Below, in pieces: positions 19,902-28,447 of a stretch of DNA of 64,000 nucleotides. Location: positions 14,205-78,204 of the forward strand of contig PXUB01000025.1 of the NCBI GenBank assembly GCA_003009755.1. The letters run 5' to 3'. Every line of letters begins with the position of its first letter. Position 1 is the stretch's first letter. The notes beneath the pieces were generated by a model that searched no databases, was not told the origin of the DNA, and worked only from the letters and a program-made list of their open reading frames with translations. Origin of the DNA: Thermoplasmatales archaeon SW_10_69_26 (GTDB taxonomy: Archaea > Thermoplasmatota > SW-10-69-26). Position numbers and translations under genes: made by a program.

Positions 19902-21239
19902 GTGGCGTCTCGGCAGATCGGACTGCTCGTCCTCGTCGGCCTCCTGCTCGTTCCCGCCGTCACCGCCCAGGCCACCGGTTCGCCGGTGTACGTCGCGGAC
20001 GTCGAGGGGACCGTCACACGGGGGACGGCGCTGCAGATCGAGGACGCGCTCGAGCAGGCCGAGGAAGCCGACGCGCCGCTGGTGATCCGGCTGGATACGC
20101 CCGGCGGGCTCGTCGAGTCCACGCTGGAGATCGACCGCGCGATCGCCCGCAGCGATGTCCCGGTGCTCACCTACGTCCGCGAGGGCGGCTGGGCGCAATC
20201 GGCGGGCACGTTCATCTTCCTGATGGGCCACCCCAACGGGATGGGGCAGGGGACCCAGATCGGGAGCGCCCAACCGATCGTGCAATCGCAAAGCGGCGGC
20301 ACGCAGAACGCCTCCGAGAAGGTCACCAACGCGCTGGTCGAACGCATTCGCACGATCGCCGACCGCCACGATCGCGACCCCGACGTCGCCCAGCAGTTCA
20401 TCACCCGCAACCTGAACCTCAACGCCAGCGAGGCGCAGCGCCGGGGCATGAGCAACCACACCGTCGGCGACCTCCGCGGGTTCCTCGAGGCGGTCGACGG
20501 CCGGCAGGCCAACGTCGGCGAGGCCACCGTCGAGCTCGACACGGCCGACGCCGAGATCCGTTACGTCGAGGAGGGGCTTTTGGTCCAGGTCGTGGAGATC
20601 GTCGGCAACCCGCAGGTCGCCTTCGTGTTGTTCCTGATCGGTCTCTACGGCGTCATCTTCGGCTTGGCCGCCCCCGGAACCCTGGTCCCGGAGACGATCG
20701 GGGCCCTGGCCCTGGTGATGGGCCTGATCGGGCTGGGGTTGTTCGACGCCGGCACCAGCGGGTTGCTGTTGATCCTGCTGGCCTCGGCCTTCTTCGTCGC
20801 CGAGGTCCTCACGCCCACGCATGGCGTGTTAGCGACAGCTGGGGCGATCGCGCTCGTGCTGGGAGCGATCTTCCTGCTGGACGAGCCCCTGCTGTCGCGG
20901 GACTACCTGCAACGCTTCCAGATCGTGGCCGTGATCTCGGCGATCGTCTCCGGCGGCGTCGCCTTGGGCGGTGTGGCCTTGGCGGTGCGGACCCGCGGCC
21001 AACCGACGCGCGACGAGGTGGAGGGCCGGGAGGCCGAGACGCTGACCCGGCTGGACCCGGAGGGTCAGGTTGCCTTCCGCGGCGAACGCTGGGGTGCCGT
21101 GACCGAGCACGGGCCGATCCCGCAGGATCGAACGGTCGTCATCGAGGCTCGCGAGGGCCTCACGCTGACAGTACGGGAACCGGACCCGCCCGCCGAGCAG
21201 ACCGGGCGCGGCGACGACCTCGCCGCCGAGGACGACTAG
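19902..21239 (+). CDS. nfeD: NfeD family membrane-bound ClpP-class serine protease
   Basis: LDTPGG, AQSAGT (Ser), IGSAQP, EKVTN (Lys), TM bundle, C-terminal OB domain (GERWGA). Confidence 0.92.
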   Translation: MASRQIGLLVLVGLLLVPAVTAQATGSPVYVADVEGTVTRGTALQIEDALEQAEEADAPLVIRLDTPGGLVESTLEIDRAIARSDVPVLTYVREGGWAQSAGTFIFLMGHPNGMGQGTQIGSAQPIVQSQSGGTQNASEKVTNALVERIRTIADRHDRDPDVAQQFITRNLNLNASEAQRRGMSNHTVGDLRGFLEAVDGRQANVGEATVELDTADAEIRYVEEGLLVQVVEIVGNPQVAFVLFLIGLYGVIFGLAAPGTLVPETIGALALVMGLIGLGLFDAGTSGLLLILLASAFFVAEVLTPTHGVLATAGAIALVLGAIFLLDEPLLSRDYLQRFQIVAVISAIVSGGVALGGVALAVRTRGQPTRDEVEGREAETLTRLDPEGQVAFRGERWGAVTEHGPIPQDRTVVIEAREGLTLTVREPDPPAEQTGRGDDLAAEDD

Positions 21240-21241
21240 CC

Positions 21242-21589
21242 TCACTTCACGTACGTGAAGCAGGTCCAGCCGTCCGAGGACTCGACATCGAGAAGGCGGT
21301 TCTCCATCAACACGTCGTCGTTGGCTTGCCGCCAGGCGTCGGCCTCGTCCGAGGGCACGCAGTCTTGCACCTCGTCACCCGGGTCCTTGTCGTCGTGGTC
21401 GTCCTCCGCGTAGGCGGCTTGGGAACCGGCGTCGGTGCCACCTCCGCCGGCCCACGTCACGGCGCCCGCCACCGCCACGGTCAGCACACCCAAGCCCACG
21501 AGCGCGATCCCGAACTTCGTCGTGATCTCCTTGACGTTCGGATCGTTCAGGAGGACGTAGCGTTGCATGATCTCCTCGATGTCGACCAA
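21242..21589 (-). CDS. Small single-TM hypothetical protein
   Basis: One TM helix, acidic ectodomain with two Cys; good codon bias. Confidence 0.65.
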   Translation of the reverse strand: MVDIEEIMQRYVLLNDPNVKEITTKFGIALVGLGVLTVAVAGAVTWAGGGGTDAGSQAAYAEDDHDDKDPGDEVQDCVPSDEADAWRQANDDVLMENRLLDVESSDGWTCFTYVK

Positions 21590-21710
21590 ACCGATCCCTC
21601 ACCCCCGCCTCGCCAGGTCCCGCGGTTAAACGTGGGGGCCAGGACACCCGACCGAGGCCGCGAGACCGCGGGGCGCCAAGCCTTTTCAGCGGGACCCGTG
21701 ATAGGGGACC

Positions 21711-22631
21711 ATGGGGTTGAGCGCGCTTCTCATCTCGCAAGGGACGTGGACCTTCGCCGCCATCGTCATCGGGTTCGTCGCCCTGCTCTTCGTCGCCTCG
21801 GCGATCAAGATCGTCAAGGAGTACGAGCGGGGCGTGATCTTCCGGCTGGGTCGGCTGATCGGAGCCAAGGGTCCCGGCCTGTTCTTCATCATCCCGATCT
21901 TGGACAAGATGGTCAAGGTCGACCTCCGCGTGATCACGCACGACGTGCCGATCCAGGAGGTCATGACCGTCGACAACGTCCCGGTCTCGGTGAACGCGGT
22001 CGTCTACTACCGCGTCATGGAGCCCGAGGACGCCACCGTCGAGGTCGAGGACTACCGGATGGCGACGAGCCAGATCGCGCAGACCACGCTGCGCAGCGTC
22101 GTCGGCAAATCCCAGCTCGACGAGTTGCTCGCCGAGCGCGAGAAGATCAACGAGGAGCTGCAGGAGGTCATCGACGACGCCACCGACCCGTGGGGCATCA
22201 AGGTCTCCGCCGTCGAGATCAAGGACGTCGAGCTCCCGCAGGACATGCGTCGCGCCATGGCCGCCCAAGCCGAGGCCGAGCGCGAGCGCCGCGCCCGCGT
22301 GATCTCCGCCGAGGGCGAACAGCAGGCCGCCGAGCGGCTCAAGGAGGCCTCGCAGACGATGGCCGAGGGCAAGGGTTCGCTGTACCTGCGCACGCTGCAG
22401 ACGATCCAGGAGACCGCCAGCGAGCAGGGCACCAACACGGTGATCCCGCTCCCGATCGAGTTCCTGAAGGCGCTGAACCCCAACGACGGCGGCAGCCTGC
22501 CGCTGATGGGGTCCGGTGGGGGCGACGACGACGGGGAAGACGATGACGGGGGAACCGAGCCCCTCGAGGACATCGTTGACGACGACACCGGCGCCGAGGA
22601 GCTCGTCGAAGAGGAGAACGCGGGGACCTGA
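21711..22631 (+). CDS. Stomatin/SPFH (slipin) family protein
   Basis: EYERGVIFRLGR, GPGLFFIIP, AQTTLRSVVG, AEAERERRA. Confidence 0.95.
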   Translation: MGLSALLISQGTWTFAAIVIGFVALLFVASAIKIVKEYERGVIFRLGRLIGAKGPGLFFIIPILDKMVKVDLRVITHDVPIQEVMTVDNVPVSVNAVVYYRVMEPEDATVEVEDYRMATSQIAQTTLRSVVGKSQLDELLAEREKINEELQEVIDDATDPWGIKVSAVEIKDVELPQDMRRAMAAQAEAERERRARVISAEGEQQAAERLKEASQTMAEGKGSLYLRTLQTIQETASEQGTNTVIPLPIEFLKALNPNDGGSLPLMGSGGGDDDGEDDDGGTEPLEDIVDDDTGAEELVEEENAGT

Positions 22632-22705
22632 CCCCGCTCACGATAGCATCGGCCGAGGACGCGTGGGCGCCCCCGGCCTCGGGCGGCCACCGTCCCGGTC
22701 GACGG

Positions 22706-22944
22706 TCAGGGACCGAAGGGTCCGGGGGCATTGGGCCCCTGGTCCTCCGTCGGGGCGATCAGATCCAGCTGGTCGGGGTTGAAGGCGCGGTCGCCTCCCT
22801 CCCCCACAGCTCGACCAGCACGCGGTTGTCCCGGTCGAAGTCGAGCACGAGACCCTGCTCGTCCCACAGGGTCTCGTCGACCTCCGGGTTCGGGCGCACG
22901 CGGACGGCATCTCCGACGCTGAGACGCACGTGTATCTCACCCAC
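22706..22944 (-). CDS. Small SH3/KOW-like protein, apparent 1-nt indel in a G run
   Basis: LSVGDAVRV...GLVLDFD...VLVEL; adding one G at 22801-22805 gives WGEGGDRAFNPDQLDLI, a typical SH3-barrel ending. Confidence 0.5.
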
Positions 22945-23031
22945 AGATGTCTTGCATGGCCAACCCTGATGAAGGCTCGCTGGCCCGTCACATCGACGAC
23001 GTTCAGATGCGGGTCCGTTTGTGGGCCGTTC

Positions 23032-24231
23032 TCAGGCGCTTTCGCCGCCCATGCGGGCGTCCGCGTGGGCGAGCGCGACGTCCGCGGCCTGATACAGCAG
23101 GTGCAGATCGGGCTCGGGTCGGGCGCGGGCGTAGTCGGCGAACTCGCCGCGCAGCGCCAACAGGTCCGCGTGGCCCTCCTCGACCGTGTCGGGATCGGCC
23201 CCAGGGCCCAGGTGGCGAGCGATCGTGGCCCGCAGGCGTTCGATCTTGACGGCGGCGAAGCCAGGCGGCATCGGGTTGTCGACGAGCGGCACGAGCTCGG
23301 GCTCGCCGCCCTCGCCGGGGGGGCCCTGGAAGCCGCCGGCTTCGAGGCCGCGGATCGCGTTCTCGAGGTGGGCGAGCTCGGGCGCCTCGTGGAGGGGCGT
23401 GGCCAGCGGTTCGCCGCAGGCGGCCACACCTTCGACGTCGAAGAGGCCGCGGCCGTCGCCGCGGAGGCCGTCGAGGAACCGGCGGGGCAGCGCCTCGCCC
23501 TCCTCGGTCTCCGCTTCGCGCCAGGCCAGCCGGGAGAGGTCGCCGACGGGCAGCTCGGCACGCAGAGCCAACGCCAGACCGGAGGGCGGCGGCGGATCGG
23601 GATCGTCGCCGGTGGGCCACAGGTAGCCGGCACCGCCACCGGCGAGCACGGTCGTCTCGGCGCGGTGCGTGGTGCACTCCTCGCCGTCGACGAGCACGGC
23701 CCCGGAGACGCCCTCCTCGGCGTCGCCGATCAAGCGCACGGCGACGGTCGTCTGGTCCACGGCGGCGCCCTCGCGCTGCAAGCGATCGAGGATCGCCTCG
23801 CGCAGGTTGCGGGCCCAGGCTTCGTCGTTGGGGACGTCCAGCTCCTCGAGCCACCGTCGGACGCGACGGGCGCGGAAGCCGAACACCTGGGCCTCCTCGG
23901 GGGCGGGAACCTCGCTGCGCTTGATGAGCTCGCGGGCCTGGGGCACCGGGTCCTCGGGGATCGGCGGGACGTCGGGGACGTCCTGGGCGCCCTGGACGAG
24001 CAGGCGGGTGCGGGCGCCCGATCGCACGGCGGCGAGGGCGGCGGCTGCGCCGGCCAGGTCGCCACCGACGACGAGCACGGACCGGTCGCGGGGACGGTCG
24101 GCGTCGGTCTCCTCGTCCGAGCCGAGGGTCATGCCGCCCAGCATGCCGCCGGGGCCTTCGCGGTCGCCGACGATGGCGCCGACGGCGTCCCCAGACGAGG
24201 ACGGCGACGGGTGTTGATCGGGGTCCGCCAT
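23032..24231 (-). CDS. Degenerate L-aspartate oxidase (NadB)-like protein, probable pseudoenzyme
   Basis: VLVVGGDLAG, TVLAGGGAG, GLALALRA, DVEGVAACGE, PLH and a C-terminal helical domain are colinear with NadB; catalytic motifs and capping domain missing; 4 nt downstream of nadA. Confidence 0.75.
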   Translation of the reverse strand: MADPDQHPSPSSSGDAVGAIVGDREGPGGMLGGMTLGSDEETDADRPRDRSVLVVGGDLAGAAAALAAVRSGARTRLLVQGAQDVPDVPPIPEDPVPQARELIKRSEVPAPEEAQVFGFRARRVRRWLEELDVPNDEAWARNLREAILDRLQREGAAVDQTTVAVRLIGDAEEGVSGAVLVDGEECTTHRAETTVLAGGGAGYLWPTGDDPDPPPPSGLALALRAELPVGDLSRLAWREAETEEGEALPRRFLDGLRGDGRGLFDVEGVAACGEPLATPLHEAPELAHLENAIRGLEAGGFQGPPGEGGEPELVPLVDNPMPPGFAAVKIERLRATIARHLGPGADPDTVEEGHADLLALRGEFADYARARPEPDLHLLYQAADVALAHADARMGGESA

Positions 24232-24235
24232 GCGA

Positions 24236-25363
24236 TCACGACCCGATCTCGAGCATGCGGTCCAGCGCGACGCGGGACCACTCGCGGTCCTCCTCGTCGA
24301 CGCGGACGCGGTTGATCACGTTGCCCTTGACCAGCTCCTCGAGCACCCAGGTCACGTAGTTGGGGTCGATCTGGCGCATCGCGTTGCAATCCAGGCAGGC
24401 GTCGCCGCACAGCTGGATGACCTGCTTGGCCTCGGGCGTGTTGCGCTGCAGGTGCTCGATGAGGTGCTTCTCGGTGCCGATCGCGATCGTGGTGTCATCC
24501 TCGGCCTCGTGCACGAAGTCGATGATCTGGCCCGTCGAACCGGCGAAGTCGGCGGCGTCGACGACCTCGCGCGGGCACTCGGGGTGGACGATGATCTCGC
24601 CGTCCGGGTAGCGCTCGCGCATGCCGGCCACGTGCTCGAGGGAGAACCGGTCGTGGACCTGGCACATGCCATCCCACAGGATGAAGCGGGCGTCCTCGAC
24701 GGCCTCCCGAGAGGTGCCGCCGAACTCGGGGTGCCAGGGGTTCCACTTCACCCAGTCCTCGTCGCGGAAGCCCAGGTCGTAGGCGGTGTTGTGGCCGAGG
24801 TGCTTGTCCGGCATGAACAGGATCTTGCGCCCGGAGTCCAGCGCCCACTCGAAGATCTCGTCGGCGCTCGAGCTCGTGCAGATCGCCCCGTCCATCCGGC
24901 CGGTGAAGGCCTTGAGGTCGGCGTAGCTGTTCATGTAGGTGACGGGCACGATCTCGTCGGGGTCGAGCACCTGGGTGAGGTCGTCCCAGGCTTGGCGAAC
25001 CTGCACCATCTCGGCCATGCCGGCCATCGGGCAGGCGGCCTCGCGGCTCGGGATGATGACGTTGCGTTCGCCGCCGGTAAGGATGTCGGCCGTCTCGGCC
25101 ATGAACGTGACGCCGCAGAAGACGATGTTCTCGACCTCGGCGTCACGGGCGCGCTTGGAGAGGGAGAAGGAATCACCCGTGAAGTCCGCCAGCTCGTAGA
25201 TCTCCTCGTGCTGGTAGTTGTGCCCCAAGATGAGGGTCGAGTCGCCCAGGCAATCGCGGGCGCGCTCGATGCGCTCGGCTCGTTCCCCCGGGCCCAGATC
25301 CCGGTAGGGTTCCGGTAGCTGGGCGAAGTGGGCGTACCGGAACAGGTTCAGCGTCTCGGCCAT
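24236..25363 (-). CDS. nadA: Quinolinate synthase
   Basis: ILGHNYQ, FCGVTFMAE, ACPMA, YMNS, CTSS, PDKHLG, CQVH, HPEC, CNAM (three cluster Cys). Confidence 0.95.
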   Translation of the reverse strand: MAETLNLFRYAHFAQLPEPYRDLGPGERAERIERARDCLGDSTLILGHNYQHEEIYELADFTGDSFSLSKRARDAEVENIVFCGVTFMAETADILTGGERNVIIPSREAACPMAGMAEMVQVRQAWDDLTQVLDPDEIVPVTYMNSYADLKAFTGRMDGAICTSSSADEIFEWALDSGRKILFMPDKHLGHNTAYDLGFRDEDWVKWNPWHPEFGGTSREAVEDARFILWDGMCQVHDRFSLEHVAGMRERYPDGEIIVHPECPREVVDAADFAGSTGQIIDFVHEAEDDTTIAIGTEKHLIEHLQRNTPEAKQVIQLCGDACLDCNAMRQIDPNYVTWVLEELVKGNVINRVRVDEEDREWSRVALDRMLEIGS

Positions 25364-25437
25364 CGCATGGAGCCAGCCGACCGGAGCCTAAAGGCGTTGG
25401 GTTGGGGGAAATCCGTTCGCCCTCGGGAGCGCTGGCT

Positions 25438-25492
25438 CGAAGAATTTTCGCTCGCGCCCGCGACCACGAAGCTGCCTGCGGTGGCAAGCTTC
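25438..25492. promoter_or_regulatory. Candidate operator sites in the nadA/sod divergent promoter region
   Basis: Imperfect palindrome CGAAGAATTTTCG (25438-25450) and inverted repeat GAAGCTGCC...GGCAAGCTTC (25468-25492). Confidence 0.3.
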
Positions 25493-25550
25493 CCCACCCC
25501 GAGCGAACATCTATAACGTCTGTTGCCTTGCCCTATACGAGGCGGTCGAC

Positions 25551-26153
25551 ATGACTGACTACACGCTGGACGAGCTTCCCTACGACTACGACGCGCTGGA
25601 GCCCCACATCAGCGAGCAGGTGCTCAAGTGGCACCACGACCGACACCACCAGGGCTACGTTGACGGGTGGAACAGCGCCGAGGAGACGCTCGAGGAGAAC
25701 CGCGAGTCCGGCGACTTCTCTTCGAGCGGGTCCGCCCTCCGCAACGTGACCCACAACGGGTGCGGTCACATCCTGCACGCGCTGTTCTGGCACAACATGA
25801 GCCCCACCGGCGGCGACGAGCCCACCGGCGCGATCGCCGACCGCATCGAGGCGGACTTCGGCAGCTACGAGGCCTGGGAAGGTGAGTTCCGCGCCGCAGC
25901 CAGCGAGGCCTCCGGCTGGGCGCTCCTCGTCTACGACAGCTTCTCCAACCAGCTCCGCAACGTGGTCGTCGACAAGCACGACCAAGGCGCGCTCTGGGGC
26001 TCGCACCCGATCCTCGCCTTGGACGTGTGGGAGCACTCCTACTACCACGACTACGGCCCCGACCGCGGCGACTTCGTCGACGCGTTCTTCAACGTCGTCG
26101 ACTGGGAGGAGCCCCGCTCGCGGTACAAGCAGGCCGTCTCCCTGTTCGAGTAA
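25551..26153 (+). CDS. sod: Fe/Mn superoxide dismutase
   Basis: LPYDYDALEPHIS, WHHDRHH, HILHALFW, DVWEHSYY. Confidence 0.97.
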   Translation: MTDYTLDELPYDYDALEPHISEQVLKWHHDRHHQGYVDGWNSAEETLEENRESGDFSSSGSALRNVTHNGCGHILHALFWHNMSPTGGDEPTGAIADRIEADFGSYEAWEGEFRAAASEASGWALLVYDSFSNQLRNVVVDKHDQGALWGSHPILALDVWEHSYYHDYGPDRGDFVDAFFNVVDWEEPRSRYKQAVSLFE

Positions 26154-26170
26154 GCGCATCCCGCGCTCTT

Positions 26171-26214
26171 GGCCTCCCCGCGAGGAGAGGCCCGCTTTCC
26201 TCTTCTTCTCTTCC
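26171..26214 (+). terminator. Putative sod terminator
   Basis: GGCCTC...GAGGCC hairpin followed by CTTTCCTCTTCTTCTCTTCC. Confidence 0.55.
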
Positions 26215-26240
26215 GCCCGCCAGCGACGCCGCCACCCAGC

Positions 26241-27263
26241 TTAGCCGCGCTCGCCGGCGTTGAGCCCGGCGCGCTCGGCGACGTCGTACACCTCGGTGCG
26301 GGCATCGCGCAGCGAGGCGCGCTTGACGACGTAGCCCAGCTCGGTCAGCTTGCCGAGGCTCGATCGCACGGTGCGGGACGTGAGCCCGGACTGGCGAGCG
26401 ATCTCGGAGGGCGTCATCGGGCCCTCGTACTCCAACAGCTTGTAGATGAACCGGGCCGAGGGCGGGGCATCGGCCAGCTCGCTGCCGATCTCGCGTTTCA
26501 GCCGGACGCGGCCGAGCAGGTGGCCGTGCTCGCGCTCGGACAACCGCACCAGCGTCAGCCGGCGGCCGGTGCCCTTGATCGTGACGTCCTCGTCGATCGA
26601 GACCCGGCGGTGACCGTCGACGACGAGCTCGACGCCGGAGCCGCTCTCGGGGTTGGCCAGCGTGATCATGGAGGCGCTGGGCGACACGATCGGGGGATGG
26701 TCCTCCTCGCTGCAGACGGGCACGACGGTCAACACGTCGGCGGCGGACAGGACCGCGGGTCCGCCGGCAGACAACGCGTAGGCGGTCGACCCGGTCGGGG
26801 TGCACACGATCGTGCCGTCGCCGCGGTCGTGCCACAGCAGCTCGCCGTCGACCTTGACGTCGACGTCGAGGAACGTGCCGTTCTGCTGGGGCAACACGGC
26901 GGCCTCGTTGAGCGCCAGCCAGCGCTCGTCGCCGACCTCGCACTCCATGCGCAGCGTCTGCGTGCGCCCCGATCGACCCTCGGCCAGGGCTCGGGCGACC
27001 TCCTCGGCCTCGCCGGCCTGGGCCTCGGCGAGCACGCCCAGGCCCTCGTTGGACAAGAGCAGGACCGGCGGCGGGTCGGGCAGCTCGGCCAACCGCGACA
27101 GGAAGAATCGGGTCTCGCCGACGAGCGTCAGCACGTCGGTCTCGGCGTCGACGGCATCGGTGACGGTCAGCTCGTGCTCGGCGAACGCCTCCCGCACCTG
27201 GCCGCCGTCCTCGCGGGCTCGCTCGTGGGCCTCGACCGCGACGCGCACGTTCCCCGGGCACAT
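26241..27263 (-). CDS. NAD kinase-like domain fused to C-terminal winged-helix HTH
   Basis: ALNEA and GDGTIVCTPTGSTAYALSAGGP retained; GGDG replaced by VGETR; C-terminal PPSARFIYKLLEYEGPMTPSEIARQSGLTSRTVRSSLGKL wHTH. Confidence 0.85.
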   Translation of the reverse strand: MCPGNVRVAVEAHERAREDGGQVREAFAEHELTVTDAVDAETDVLTLVGETRFFLSRLAELPDPPPVLLLSNEGLGVLAEAQAGEAEEVARALAEGRSGRTQTLRMECEVGDERWLALNEAAVLPQQNGTFLDVDVKVDGELLWHDRGDGTIVCTPTGSTAYALSAGGPAVLSAADVLTVVPVCSEEDHPPIVSPSASMITLANPESGSGVELVVDGHRRVSIDEDVTIKGTGRRLTLVRLSEREHGHLLGRVRLKREIGSELADAPPSARFIYKLLEYEGPMTPSEIARQSGLTSRTVRSSLGKLTELGYVVKRASLRDARTEVYDVAERAGLNAGERG

Positions 27264-27329
27264 CGTCGGCCCCCTTGAGGCCTGCGCCCGCGGGCGAACG
27301 GTCAAGCCGCCGAAGCCGCGTGAGCCCAC

Positions 27330-28184
27330 ATGGTCGGACGTTGGAAGCTGCTCGGCTGGGCCGGAGCCGGCCTGCTGACGTTGGTCGTGCTAGCGCCCGC
27401 CGGGATGCTGTGGATGCTGTTGCATCCGCCCCAGGCCGGCGGCACGACGACGCCGGTCGAGCTGGGGCTGGCGGCCGAGCATCGGCGGTTGACGACCGAG
27501 GACGGTGTCGAGCTGGATGCCTGGGTCGTCGAGGCCGCCAACGAGACCGACTCGGCGATCGTGGTCGCCCACGGCTACCCGGCCAGCAAGGCCGACGTGC
27601 TGCCGGCGGTGGCCTTCCTTGCAGGAGACCATCACCTCGTGCTGGTCGACCACCGCGGGTTGGGTGACAGCGAGGGCTCGACGACGCTGGGCATCGAGGA
27701 ACCGTTGGACGTGCAGGCCGGCATCGAGGCGGCGCGCGCGATCGCGGGCGTCGACCGCGTCGGGTTGCTCGGGTTCTCGATGGGTGGCGCCGCGGCGATC
27801 CAGGCGGCCGACGACGCCGACGTGGACGCGCTCGTGGCGCAAGCCGCCTACGCGGACCTGGGCGATCTTGCGGCCGGTAGCTTCGAGGGCCTGGGCCCGC
27901 TGGCCCACCCGATGGGTGCCCTGATGCTGTTCTACGGCGAGCTGGCCGGCCTCGACCCCGACCGCGCCCGCCCCGTGGAGGACATCGGGGACGTCGAGGC
28001 GCCGATCTTGTTGATCCACGGCAGCGAGGACGAGACGATCGACGCCGACCACGGCCGTCGGCTGGCCGAGGCCGCCCCCGAGGCCGAGCTGTGGATCGTC
28101 GACGGCGGCACGCACGGCGCCGCCGCGTTGAACCCCGGGTGGGGGGACCGCGTGGGCGCGTTCTTCGACGACGCGCTCGAGTGA
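27330..28184 (+). CDS. Membrane-anchored alpha/beta hydrolase
   Basis: HGY, DHRGLGDS, GFSMGG nucleophile, IHGSEDET, GTHG. Confidence 0.9.
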   Translation: MVGRWKLLGWAGAGLLTLVVLAPAGMLWMLLHPPQAGGTTTPVELGLAAEHRRLTTEDGVELDAWVVEAANETDSAIVVAHGYPASKADVLPAVAFLAGDHHLVLVDHRGLGDSEGSTTLGIEEPLDVQAGIEAARAIAGVDRVGLLGFSMGGAAAIQAADDADVDALVAQAAYADLGDLAAGSFEGLGPLAHPMGALMLFYGELAGLDPDRARPVEDIGDVEAPILLIHGSEDETIDADHGRRLAEAAPEAELWIVDGGTHGAAALNPGWGDRVGAFFDDALE

Positions 28185-28447
28185 GAGGGGCAAGCAGGGG
28201 ACGGCAGAGGCAGCGGGACACAGCAGAGGCTCTGTCCCCCCGTTCCTCGTCGTTCTCCGCCTCGTGCGTTTCGGCCTCCGATCCCCTGCATGCTTCCCGC
28301 CGTCCAACCTTCCCGCGATGGCGTTGCCTCCCCCTCTCCGTTCCTCGAGCCTCCGTCCCGCTGTGGTCGAGGTCGCCGCTTGGCTGTCCTCCCCCCCGGC
28401 CCTCCCCTCGTCCTCTCCTTCTTGTATGAGGAGCGGATGCCCGGGTG

